A stretch of DNA of 55,985 bases from Saprospiraceae bacterium (GTDB lineage: Bacteria; Bacteroidota; Bacteroidia; Chitinophagales; JAHQVX01). The stretch covers positions 1-55,985 of the forward strand of contig JAHQVX010000054.1 in the NCBI GenBank assembly GCA_019634125.1, read 5' to 3'. A program made the translations under genes and the position numbers. The notes under the pieces were generated by a model that saw only the letters and a program-made list of their open reading frames with translations, had not been told where the DNA came from and did not search any database. Position 1 is the stretch's first letter, and each line of letters begins with the position of its first letter. Of the stretch, positions 36,603-44,987 are shown piece after piece.

Positions 36603-38511
36603 GAACTTCTTTATCCACTTCTACCGAAAACTTATTGCGCAATCCTTCTAACCAATTTCCTTCTACATCTCTTTGGTAATCCGCTAAAACTCTCCCTTTA
36701 ATAGCAGCAAATTCTTCTTTCTTGCCTTCAACGAACTCATAGCTCTTGTAAATTTTCACGCCTTCTTCCGTGTATTCAGTAGCCACAGCACCCATTCTAG
36801 ACAAATCGATACCGTTAATAGTGGCCTGTGATATCGGTAGAGATGTCGTAGAAACAGCCACGTTACTTGGCATTTTCGGTGCAAGTGCTTTAATTCCTAA
36901 CCCCCCAGAAGCCCCTTTTTTAAGGTACTTTTTTACTTTTCCAGCGGTCTTTTTGTCTGGCGCAATATAGACATGGTTTTTAATTTGAGCCTCCTGCAAA
37001 TATTCTGCTTGGTTGCGCTCAAAAAAGGCTTTCAATGCCGTATCACTCGGCTTGGTTTGTCCCCAAACCTCTTTTTCCATCAAATTAAAGATGATAATAC
37101 CATCTTTATATTCTTGAAGCAATTGTTTTAAATCTTCATCGCTCTCAGTAATGTGTACTCTATGGTATTGAAGTAATTGTTCCGATTCAAAATTTTCTAA
37201 GAAGCGGGTAAACGATAGGAATCGTCCGCGTGCATGTTGCCTTCGAACATAGTTTACAAACTGAGCGGCACTATAACTTTCTTCTCCTAGCTTGAAAAAC
37301 TCATTGGACAGCGGGTAAGACGAAGGTACTTGCCAACCTCGAATGGTAATCCCGGGAGCTGCTTCTTTGCGGAAGAGTTTAATATTTTCTTCATCGGCTT
37401 CATAGCCGTATTTTTTCTTTAACGTTTCTCCATAAGCTTGCTGAGCCAACTCATAGCGCTCATCGTTGATAATCTGCTCTCGTAAATCCATTTCCACTTC
37501 CTCAAACGCAGGAGCTTCTTCTCTTTCTAAGAGCTTGAAAATATGCCAACCCACTCTGGTTTTAACCGGTTTTGAGTAATCGCCGATTTCTTTCAAATCA
37601 AAGATGGCATTCTCAAAATCTGCCTCATAGGTGCCTACTGTAAACGCACCAAGATCTCCGCCTCTACCATTTGTGGCTTCATCTTCAGAGAATTCCGCGA
37701 CGACATCTTCAAAATCAGCGCCATTTCGTAGCTCATTGTAGGCTTCGTAGATATTCTCTCTTGCTGCAGCGTTCACTTCATCTTTTTGGAAACTATTGGC
37801 CCGAACAAAAACCTGTGCAGCGCGAACGGCACCGTTGGCTGGTCGACGATCGTCGCATTTAATAATATGATAGCCCCAGCTGGTGCGTTTAGGCATGGAA
37901 ATCTCGCCTTTTTGGAGGCTGTAGACCGCATTCTCGAATCGATACTCAGAAACTTGCAAGGTAGAGAAGCAACCTAGGCTACCGCCATCGAATTTACTAT
38001 CTACATCTCGAGACTTCCGTTGTGCAAGAGAAGCAAAATCGGCGCCTTGAAGCAACATATTTCTAATTTCTAAGGCATCGTTGTAGGCCAATAACGTATC
38101 TTCTGGAGAAGGGTTATTGCGCACATTAATCAAGATATGGCTCACACAAATTTCTTCCTTACTGCGCTCGTAAGCTTCTTCCAGTAAGTCGTTCATAATG
38201 GCTTTATCGAAAGTACTTTTAATGAGTTGTTCTTCGTAAAGCTCAATTTCATCTTTTACTTTGGGTTGTTCTGCTAACTGTTGAACCTCTGCTTCCTTAA
38301 GTTTCAACTTATAATCGACAAACAGATCAAAGTATTCGTTTACTGAATTGGCTTGGTATGCACTGCTTTTATCTTGTAAATTCTTTTCATACATCCGTTT
38401 GAATTCGGACACAGAAATTTCTTCATTGTCAATAGTGACTAATGTTTGAGCAGATACGGCTATAAAATTGCAAAGTAGTAAAGCGAAGAAAACACTACGC
38501 ATAATATTCAT
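36583..38511 (-). CDS. PpiD/SurA-like peptidyl-prolyl isomerase with two parvulin domains
   Basis: Signal peptide. Parvulin domains GGSLGCFSTLQV...WGYHIIK and GGDLGAFTVGTYEADFENAIF...GWHIFK. Confidence 0.8.
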   Translation of the reverse strand: MNIMRSVFFALLLCNFIAVSAQTLVTIDNEEISVSEFKRMYEKNLQDKSSAYQANSVNEYFDLFVDYKLKLKEAEVQQLAEQPKVKDEIELYEEQLIKSTFDKAIMNDLLEEAYERSKEEICVSHILINVRNNPSPEDTLLAYNDALEIRNMLLQGADFASLAQRKSRDVDSKFDGGSLGCFSTLQVSEYRFENAVYSLQKGEISMPKRTSWGYHIIKCDDRRPANGAVRAAQVFVRANSFQKDEVNAAARENIYEAYNELRNGADFEDVVAEFSEDEATNGRGGDLGAFTVGTYEADFENAIFDLKEIGDYSKPVKTRVGWHIFKLLEREEAPAFEEVEMDLREQIINDERYELAQQAYGETLKKKYGYEADEENIKLFRKEAAPGITIRGWQVPSSYPLSNEFFKLGEESYSAAQFVNYVRRQHARGRFLSFTRFLENFESEQLLQYHRVHITESDEDLKQLLQEYKDGIIIFNLMEKEVWGQTKPSDTALKAFFERNQAEYLQEAQIKNHVYIAPDKKTAGKVKKYLKKGASGGLGIKALAPKMPSNVAVSTTSLPISQATINGIDLSRMGAVATEYTEEGVKIYKSYEFVEGKKEEFAAIKGRVLADYQRDVEGNWLEGLRNKFSVEVDKEVLEQLYK

Positions 38512-38623
38512 TTTTTCAAGGGGTCAAAAATACCAAAGTTTCCCTGTTTTTCGAGGAATCTATACACAGAGAACAAATGCCGTTCCTATTTATTGCCAAA
38601 ATGGATTATGTTAACAAGTTGGT

Positions 38624-38662
38624 ATAAAAAAACACCCGTCTCGGCTAAGCCGAGACGGGGTG
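38624..38662 (-). terminator. rho-independent terminator after the fasciclin gene
   Basis: Stem CACCCGTCTCGGC / GCCGAGACGGGGTG with loop TAA. An A7 run on plus gives a U-run on the minus transcript. Lies 23 nt after the stop. Confidence 0.8.
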
Positions 38663-38684
38663 TTACTAAAACATAGATTATGTT

Positions 38685-39251
38685 TTAAGGGAGTACAACT
38701 GTGTCGATTACATGAATCACACCGTTGGTTCCTTTGATATCTACAGTAACTACCTTCGATATATTTCCGTTGGCATCTTTTAAGACAACGCCGCCGTCTT
38801 GCATCATGGCCGTTAAAGTACCGCCATTTAGTGTAGTTACATTTGCTTTTCCATTCCCAGCTTTGATCGCATTTACCACCGCACCAGAATCTAAGCTTCC
38901 ACTTACAACGTGATAGGTAAGAACAGCAGCCAATTGGTCTTTGTTCTCAGGCTTAAGTAAAGTTGCTACGGTTCCGTCTGGCAACTTATCAAAAGCATCA
39001 TTTGTTGGGGCGAAAACGGTAAATGGACCATCACCTTTAAGTGCATCTACTAAGTCTGCAGCTTGAACTGCCGCTACAAGTGTAGAAAAGCTGTCATTAG
39101 AAGCAGCAATATCTATAATATCACCACCAGGTTGAACGGCACTAGCCTTTACTGTTGTTTTGTTTTTATCGTTGCTGCACTGAGCAAATACGTTGACTGC
39201 CACAATCGCTATAATAAGCGTTAGAACTGATTTTAATGAGATCTTTTTCAT
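38685..39251 (-). CDS. secreted fasciclin (FAS1) domain protein
   Basis: Signal peptide MKKISLKSVLTLIIAIVAVNVFAQ (start moved to 39251). FAS1 H1/H2 blocks FTVFAPTNDAFDKLP and GVIHVIDTVVLP. Confidence 0.9.
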   Translation of the reverse strand: MKKISLKSVLTLIIAIVAVNVFAQCSNDKNKTTVKASAVQPGGDIIDIAASNDSFSTLVAAVQAADLVDALKGDGPFTVFAPTNDAFDKLPDGTVATLLKPENKDQLAAVLTYHVVSGSLDSGAVVNAIKAGNGKANVTTLNGGTLTAMMQDGGVVLKDANGNISKVVTVDIKGTNGVIHVIDTVVLP

Positions 39252-39392
39252 TGTTGTTTTTTGATTGAAAGAAAAAAACAAGTCCGGAGTTTGAATTCAG
39301 TTCCAGTTACGTCCAAAAAGCTCAAGTAGTTTTCCTGCTGAAGATTTTTTTTCTCCGTTGGCTATCTTATATTTGAGCAACAAGCCCTTCTA

Positions 39393-39962
39393 GTGGACAA
39401 AACCAGTTACCTCATAAAACAGATTAAATCCGGTGATCACAAAGCCTTCGAGGAGTTGTACAAGGATTACTCCGGTGCAGTTTATGGGGTGATTTTGAAA
39501 ATGGTAAAAAATCAGGATACGGCCTCCGATATTTTACAAGATGTGTTCACAAAAGCTTGGAAAAAGATCAATACGTACAATCCTGAAAAGGGCCGTTTTT
39601 ATACTTGGATCTATCGGATTGCCAGAAATACGACCATAAATCACATACGCGCACAAAAACCAGAAAACCTAACGGGCGATGTAAGTGTATATGAGACAAG
39701 AATCGGTAGCCAAAAACTTAATGATGAGACGCTAGACCTTCGTGGGAAAGTGGCTCAGCTGGAACAGAAATATAGGGAAATTGTAGAGTTAATCTACTTT
39801 AAAGGTTTCACACAAAAAGAAGTACAAGAGCAATTAGACATCCCACTTGGGACAATTAAAACACGTTTACGCAAGGCGATAAAAACCTTGGGCGAAGTGT
39901 ATAAAGACAAAGGAATTCAACTTTTAATTGCCTTTATTTTGATTTGGACAACAAATGGATAA
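39393..39962 (+). CDS. ECF-type RNA polymerase sigma-70 factor
   Basis: Region 2 (DILQDVFTKAWKK...FYTWIYRIARNTTINHIR) and region 4 (FTQKEVQEQLDIPLGTIKTRLRKA). GTG start. TATATTTG box at 39368-39375, just upstream. Confidence 0.9.
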   Translation: MDKTSYLIKQIKSGDHKAFEELYKDYSGAVYGVILKMVKNQDTASDILQDVFTKAWKKINTYNPEKGRFYTWIYRIARNTTINHIRAQKPENLTGDVSVYETRIGSQKLNDETLDLRGKVAQLEQKYREIVELIYFKGFTQKEVQEQLDIPLGTIKTRLRKAIKTLGEVYKDKGIQLLIAFILIWTTNG

Positions 39963-40752
39963 GCAAGAATTAATAGAGTCAGGTCTCTTGGAGCTATACG
40001 CTACAGGAGCTATCAGTGCCGATGAATCGGATGCTGTTGCACATCTATTGGGGGAGGTGGACGTGAAAGCTGCTCTAGAAAACATTGAGCTTTCACTCGA
40101 ACATGCAGGTTTTGAGAACGCTGTTTCTCCACCTTCTTGGGTACTTGAAAACATTACGAAGGAGATTGCTCCATCAGATACATCCGACAAAGGACACAGC
40201 ATTTCTTTAGTAGAACGCCAACTGGAGAAATGGCGCCGCAACTTTATGGTTGCCGCATCTATTGCTGGTCTCTTAGCCTTAGGCCTAGGATGGCAATTCA
40301 CACAAAAAGGAAGTACAGGCGATACGAATTCTTCTGTACTTACTGCTAGAGTAGAGAGTTTAGAGCAAGAATTAGAAAAACTAAGAACTTCAAACTCTTC
40401 CATCAATGATCAACTGGCGTATATCAACCATACCTATACCACACCACTCGTACTAAAATCAACTCCGGTTGCACCTGGTTCGAAAGCTGTCGTGTATTGG
40501 AATCCTAAAACACCTGAGGCCTTACTCAGTACCAATGGATTGCCAGAATTACCTGATGGTAAAGTGTATCAGATATGGGCAGATATTGAAGGTGAAATGG
40601 TGAGTATGAAAGTATTTACTATGGATCAGAAATTGGTGCCACTTCCTTACATGCCTAAAGCTGAATCGTTAAATATTACGGTTGAGCCTGAAGGGGGAAG
40701 CGACCACCCGAACGTAGAACAACTATACGTGAACGGAGCCACAACGGTTTAA
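39955..40752 (+). CDS. RskA-like transmembrane anti-sigma factor
   Basis: 8-nt overlap with the sigma gene. N-terminal LLELYATGAISADESD, a single TM (MVAASIAGLLALGLGW), and a C-terminal RskA-type domain with ...VYWNPKT...KVYQIWA...ITVEPEGGS. Confidence 0.75.
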   Translation: MDKQELIESGLLELYATGAISADESDAVAHLLGEVDVKAALENIELSLEHAGFENAVSPPSWVLENITKEIAPSDTSDKGHSISLVERQLEKWRRNFMVAASIAGLLALGLGWQFTQKGSTGDTNSSVLTARVESLEQELEKLRTSNSSINDQLAYINHTYTTPLVLKSTPVAPGSKAVVYWNPKTPEALLSTNGLPELPDGKVYQIWADIEGEMVSMKVFTMDQKLVPLPYMPKAESLNITVEPEGGSDHPNVEQLYVNGATTV

Positions 40753-40773
40753 GTGCTTTGTTCCCAAAATTAT

Positions 40774-40808
40774 AAACCCCCTCGGCTTTGCCGAGGGGGT
40801 TTCGTTTT
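40774..40808. terminator. bidirectional rho-independent terminator between convergent genes
   Basis: 13-bp stem AAACCCCCTCGGC / GCCGAGGGGGTTT with loop TTT. T-runs on both strands. Confidence 0.75.
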
Positions 40809-40823
40809 ATATACAACACCAAC

Positions 40824-41579
40824 TTAGTCTCTACTCTGCAACTTGGCCAACAAACGCAAAATCTCGATATACAACCAGATTAACGTCACCAATAAACCAA
40901 ATGCTCCGTACCATTCCATATATTTTGGCGCACCTTGTTCTGCACCTGCTTCAATAAAATCGAAATCGACTACTAGATTCAGCGAAGCAATGGCAATTAC
41001 AAATAACGAAAAGCCAATGCCCATCAAGGAACTCTCGTGGATCAAAGGCAAACTTCCTCCTCCAAACATACCCATGACTAACGACACCAAATAGTAAATC
41101 ATAATTCCACCTGTAGCCGCAGCAACCATGAGCTTAAAATTCTCCGTGACCTTAATAAGTCCCGACTTATAAATCACAAGCATAGCAAAGAACACACCTA
41201 GTGTAAGAAACAAGGCTTGCATCACAATTCCATCGTACATATAGCCATATAGATAAGAAATCCCACCAACCACTACGCCTTCCACCAAGGCATAAATTGG
41301 AGCCAAAGTAGGTGCTAACTTGGGCTTAAAAACAATAATCACCGCCAGAATTAGTCCCCCGAAAATAGACCCATAAACCAGCGGGCCAGTAAAGCCTATG
41401 GTGCCTTTTGTCATTAAATTCCAGATCAAGGTGGCAGTTGTCATCAATAAAAGGCCAAGCATAGCCAGCTTATTTACCGTTCCTTGAATGGTCATCACCG
41501 ACGAATCATCTACCATTCGCTCGGCCTTTCTGAAGGTCTCTTTTCCTAATGCAGGGTTGCTTGATTTATATAAAGCCAT
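40824..41579 (-). CDS. Bax-inhibitor-1/YccA-like integral membrane protein
   Basis: 251 aa. N-terminus ...KSSNPAL... is followed by about 7 TM helices, the pattern typical of this family. Confidence 0.7.
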   Translation of the reverse strand: MALYKSSNPALGKETFRKAERMVDDSSVMTIQGTVNKLAMLGLLLMTTATLIWNLMTKGTIGFTGPLVYGSIFGGLILAVIIVFKPKLAPTLAPIYALVEGVVVGGISYLYGYMYDGIVMQALFLTLGVFFAMLVIYKSGLIKVTENFKLMVAAATGGIMIYYLVSLVMGMFGGGSLPLIHESSLMGIGFSLFVIAIASLNLVVDFDFIEAGAEQGAPKYMEWYGAFGLLVTLIWLYIEILRLLAKLQSRD

Positions 41580-41650
41580 ATGCGCTTAATTTTTAACTAA
41601 TATAAAAATTGTGTTTTAAAACACAGTTAAATTTCATCTACCTTCGCGCC

Positions 41651-43057
41651 ATGGCTCGAAGGAGAAAGAACCGTTCAATTAGTAACCTATCTATCGAAAA
41701 AGTTGCAGCTGAAGGCAAAGGACTCGGTCGATTAGATAGTGGCAAAGTTGTTTTTGTAGACTACGCACTGCCCGGAGATGTGGTGAATGCCTTTATTTAC
41801 AAGCGGAAAAAAGATGTTTCCATTGCGCGGATTAACGAAGTGGTTGAAGCTTCTCCCGACCGTATTGACCCATTTTGCAGTCACTTTCAGGCCTGTGGCG
41901 GCTGCCGATGGCAGCACGCCCCATACGCCAAGCAACTAGAATACAAGCAAAACATCGTTCGGGAAGCCTTCGAACGCATTGGAAAAGTCAAAGATGTAGC
42001 CCTCAACCCGATTGTTGGAGCAGACAACATTCAGTATTACCGAAATAAATTGGAGTTTACCTTTTCCAATAAGCGCTGGCTCACCACAGAAGAAGCGCAA
42101 AGCGATGAAGTCTTCGATATGGAACATGCATTGGGCTTTCATGTGCCTACATTCTTCGATAAAATTGTAGACATTGACCATTGTTACTTACAACCAGAGC
42201 CGTCCAATGCGATTCGGTTAGTAGCTAAGGCGTATGCCCTGGAACATGACCTGGCGTTTTATGACATTCGCAACAACCAAGGGTTGTTGCGCACCCTCAT
42301 CATTCGAACAGCCAGCAATGGAGAAGTCATGGTCATCTTAAATCTATTCGAGAAAAATGACATCGCCCTCGGCCTGCTCGACCATCTAGCAGAACAAATT
42401 CCAGCCATTACCTCTTTAAACTATGTGGTCAACAACCGAATGAATAACTCCATTCAAGGCTTGGAAATCACCCATTATAAAGGCCAGGATCATATTGTGG
42501 AGACTATTGGACATTGCCAATTCCGCATTGCACCAGCTTCCTTCTTTCAAACCAATACCCAACAAGCGACAAAACTTTACGAGTTAACCGCGGAGTATGC
42601 CGCCTTAACTGGGAATGAAATTGTTTACGACTTGTTTACCGGCACAGGAACCATCGCCAATTTTGTGGCAAAAGACGCTCAAAAGGTTGTAGGTATCGAA
42701 ATTGTAGAAGCAGCTATTGAAGATGCCAAGAAAAATACTGCACTCAATGAAAACGACAATTGTTTCTTCTATGCAGGTAAGGTAGAAGAACTCTTCGACG
42801 ATGAATTACTTCAAGAATACGGTGCGCCCGATGTGATCATACTTGACCCGCCACGTGCCGGAATACATAAGGATGTTGTCGCGCAACTCTTAAAACTGAA
42901 ATGTCCGAAGATTGTATACGTTAGCTGCAATCCAGCCACGCAAGCCCGGGATGTAGATATGTTGTCTGAAGTCTATCAAGTAGAAAAAATGCAACCTGTA
43001 GATATGTTCCCGCATACTTACCACGTAGAAAATGTTGCCTTATTAACCCTTCGCTAG
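41651..43057 (+). CDS. rlmD: 23S rRNA (uracil-C5)-methyltransferase RlmD/RumA
   Basis: TRAM-like N-domain, 4-Cys cluster CSHFQACGGCRWQH, SAM motif DLFTGTGTI, DPPRAGI, and catalytic VSCNPAT. Start moved from GTG 41609 to ATG 41651. Confidence 0.9.
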   Translation: MARRRKNRSISNLSIEKVAAEGKGLGRLDSGKVVFVDYALPGDVVNAFIYKRKKDVSIARINEVVEASPDRIDPFCSHFQACGGCRWQHAPYAKQLEYKQNIVREAFERIGKVKDVALNPIVGADNIQYYRNKLEFTFSNKRWLTTEEAQSDEVFDMEHALGFHVPTFFDKIVDIDHCYLQPEPSNAIRLVAKAYALEHDLAFYDIRNNQGLLRTLIIRTASNGEVMVILNLFEKNDIALGLLDHLAEQIPAITSLNYVVNNRMNNSIQGLEITHYKGQDHIVETIGHCQFRIAPASFFQTNTQQATKLYELTAEYAALTGNEIVYDLFTGTGTIANFVAKDAQKVVGIEIVEAAIEDAKKNTALNENDNCFFYAGKVEELFDDELLQEYGAPDVIILDPPRAGIHKDVVAQLLKLKCPKIVYVSCNPATQARDVDMLSEVYQVEKMQPVDMFPHTYHVENVALLTLR

Positions 43058-43066
43058 TTTTATACC

Positions 43067-43459
43067 ATGAACCGTTTTGAAGAAGCTACCGACCCGCAGT
43101 ATACGTCATTGTATTCCGACGTAGACCAGTTTAGAGATTTGTTCTACTCCCTATCATTAGAAATTTTGAACAATGAGGTGTCTAAGTATCCGATTTTTGT
43201 GGCCTACCAAGATCCTGTTCAATTAGGCAAGGTATTGCTCCAGCGCAAAACGCATAATACGAACTGGAACATCAACATCACAATTTTAGAAGACTTGGTG
43301 AACAAGGGCATTGTCCAACCAGAGAAGTTAGAAGAATTTAAAAAAGTGTACAAAGATCCTGAACAGCATTTTTGTATCCTGGCAATTGGTCTGCGCAAGT
43401 CGGAATTCATCTTCACCCCGCGATCCAAGCATAATCTTACCGACGAGCAGCAGAATTAG
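43067..43459 (+). CDS. hypothetical protein
   Basis: 130-aa ORF, 9 nt after rlmD and followed by a terminator hairpin. No recognisable motif. Confidence 0.55.
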   Translation: MNRFEEATDPQYTSLYSDVDQFRDLFYSLSLEILNNEVSKYPIFVAYQDPVQLGKVLLQRKTHNTNWNINITILEDLVNKGIVQPEKLEEFKKVYKDPEQHFCILAIGLRKSEFIFTPRSKHNLTDEQQN

Positions 43460-43463
43460 GCCA

Positions 43464-43497
43464 TAAAAAAACCACCCCAAGCTTTGCTTGGGGTGGT
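43464..43497. terminator. rho-independent terminator between convergent genes (U-run only for the minus-strand transcript)
   Basis: 12-bp stem ACCACCCCAAGC / GCTTGGGGTGGT with loop TTT, preceded on plus by A7. Confidence 0.7.
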
Positions 43498-43539
43498 CCG
43501 TGTGCCTAACAACACGTTTATTAGGGGGACTTAGTTAGG

Positions 43540-43998
43540 CTATGTTAATGTAGAGATCAGGGCAGTAGTTAACGTATCTAAATACGTAAACACAGATTCA
43601 AAATCCTTTTGACCGCCCTTGTATGGGTCAACGACCTCAGATTCATTTGAGGAGACGACAGAACTAAGCGGCTGTATCTTCTTAAATTGCCGCTCAGTTA
43701 CTGCCATCGCTCTCACCCGCGACAGATTATCTTCATCCATAGTATAGATTTGATCAAATCGATCTAGATCCGCATATTCCACTTGTCGAGCCCTCAAATC
43801 CTGTATGTCCACGTCGTTTTTCTGGGCAACGTCTATTGCCCTTGGATCTGGAGCCTTTCCAATATGCCAATGCCCCGTGCCCGCACTATCAATATAGACT
43901 GACTTACCAGATAGTGCAGCTTTTTTTCTGAGCAAGCCTTCCGCTATAGGAGATCTGCAAATATTCCCTTTACATACGATTAAAATGGATGTGTTCAT
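43540..43998 (-). CDS. low-molecular-weight protein-tyrosine phosphatase (Wzb-like; the arsenate reductase branch is less likely)
   Basis: P-loop VCKGNICRSP (CX5R-S) at the N-terminus and a DP general-acid loop (VVDPY). Confidence 0.9.
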   Translation of the reverse strand: MNTSILIVCKGNICRSPIAEGLLRKKAALSGKSVYIDSAGTGHWHIGKAPDPRAIDVAQKNDVDIQDLRARQVEYADLDRFDQIYTMDEDNLSRVRAMAVTERQFKKIQPLSSVVSSNESEVVDPYKGGQKDFESVFTYLDTLTTALISTLT

Positions 43999-44227
43999 GT
44001 GTACTAATTTTTCTCAAATGTCTTTCAACCAATTAAGAAGAATGAAGAATAAAGACCAAGCTGCAAAAAATTGAGATAAACGGTTTTTATCGCAAGAAAT
44101 AGCGCCGAATAGAGCATACAATTCCTGAATTTTTCCATTTATCGCGCTTCACCGCCAATCATCGCAATAGCTTCCATGCCGGTCGAATCTTTAAATGCTT
44201 AGCCCCAAAAAGCAGTTGCTTAGCAAC

Positions 44228-44986
44228 ATGAAAAGATCAATTCTGCTTATTGCTTTAGTATTAAACGTAAGTCTTGGGCTCGCTCAAGACTCTATCAATA
44301 TGGAGTTGAAAACCATTGAACTCAGTCATGGAAGATTAGCATTCAATAGTACGTCCATACTCCACCGAAGCACTATTAGTAGTACACTCCAAATGAATGA
44401 AACGAATCTGGGCATTCAACTTCACCATCTACAGCTCAATCAAGAAAGTGAGCAAACAATTGGTATAAACACCACACTATCGGGACAACGAACAAGTCAC
44501 CAGCTTAGTATTGCGGGTGGAGGAGATGTGTTGGCACCCAAATTCCAACTCGGATACTTTTCAACTACAAAGCGATCCGATTCATTAAGCTTTTTAGCCG
44601 GGGCGAATCTCATCTTCTTATCAGATCAGACAATAGGACTTGGTCAACAAGTTGGATGGATTCGAACTGCAAAAACACATACTCAAATCATCCGCATTTT
44701 CAATTCCAGTAATAAAGAGCAATATCTCGCACCCAATCTTCTCCTTGCATACTTGAAAGAATTTAACAGTAAAACACTCCTCCAACTCCACGCAGTAGGA
44801 GGCTATACACCTCAAAACGATCCATTATTGAAGTCTCAAACTCAAATTGGAAGTGGGGCTTGGTTACGCCAATCACTCGGAAGCCAGCTACAGATGAACT
44901 TATCTGTTAGCTATAACCATGCTTTCGAAGGCATTAGTACCAGCCAAGCCCGACTTTCTCTAGTTTATAAAATCAAAAATCAATAA
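44228..44986 (+). CDS. putative outer-membrane beta-barrel protein (YaiO-like size class)
   Basis: Signal peptide MKRSILLIALVLNVSLGLAQ (start moved from 44195). About 250 aa of alternating-hydrophobic strands and many Gln/Ser/Thr turns. First gene of the exopolymer module. Function is inferred. Confidence 0.4.
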   Translation: MKRSILLIALVLNVSLGLAQDSINMELKTIELSHGRLAFNSTSILHRSTISSTLQMNETNLGIQLHHLQLNQESEQTIGINTTLSGQRTSHQLSIAGGGDVLAPKFQLGYFSTTKRSDSLSFLAGANLIFLSDQTIGLGQQVGWIRTAKTHTQIIRIFNSSNKEQYLAPNLLLAYLKEFNSKTLLQLHAVGGYTPQNDPLLKSQTQIGSGAWLRQSLGSQLQMNLSVSYNHAFEGISTSQARLSLVYKIKNQ

Positions 44987-44987
44987 G

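Noticed and set aside
39924-40406. 160-aa minus-strand ORF overlapping the sigma/anti-sigma junction
   Set aside because: The opposite strand encodes a coherent anti-sigma factor coupled to the sigma gene. This ORF is Ser/Cys-rich and motif-free.
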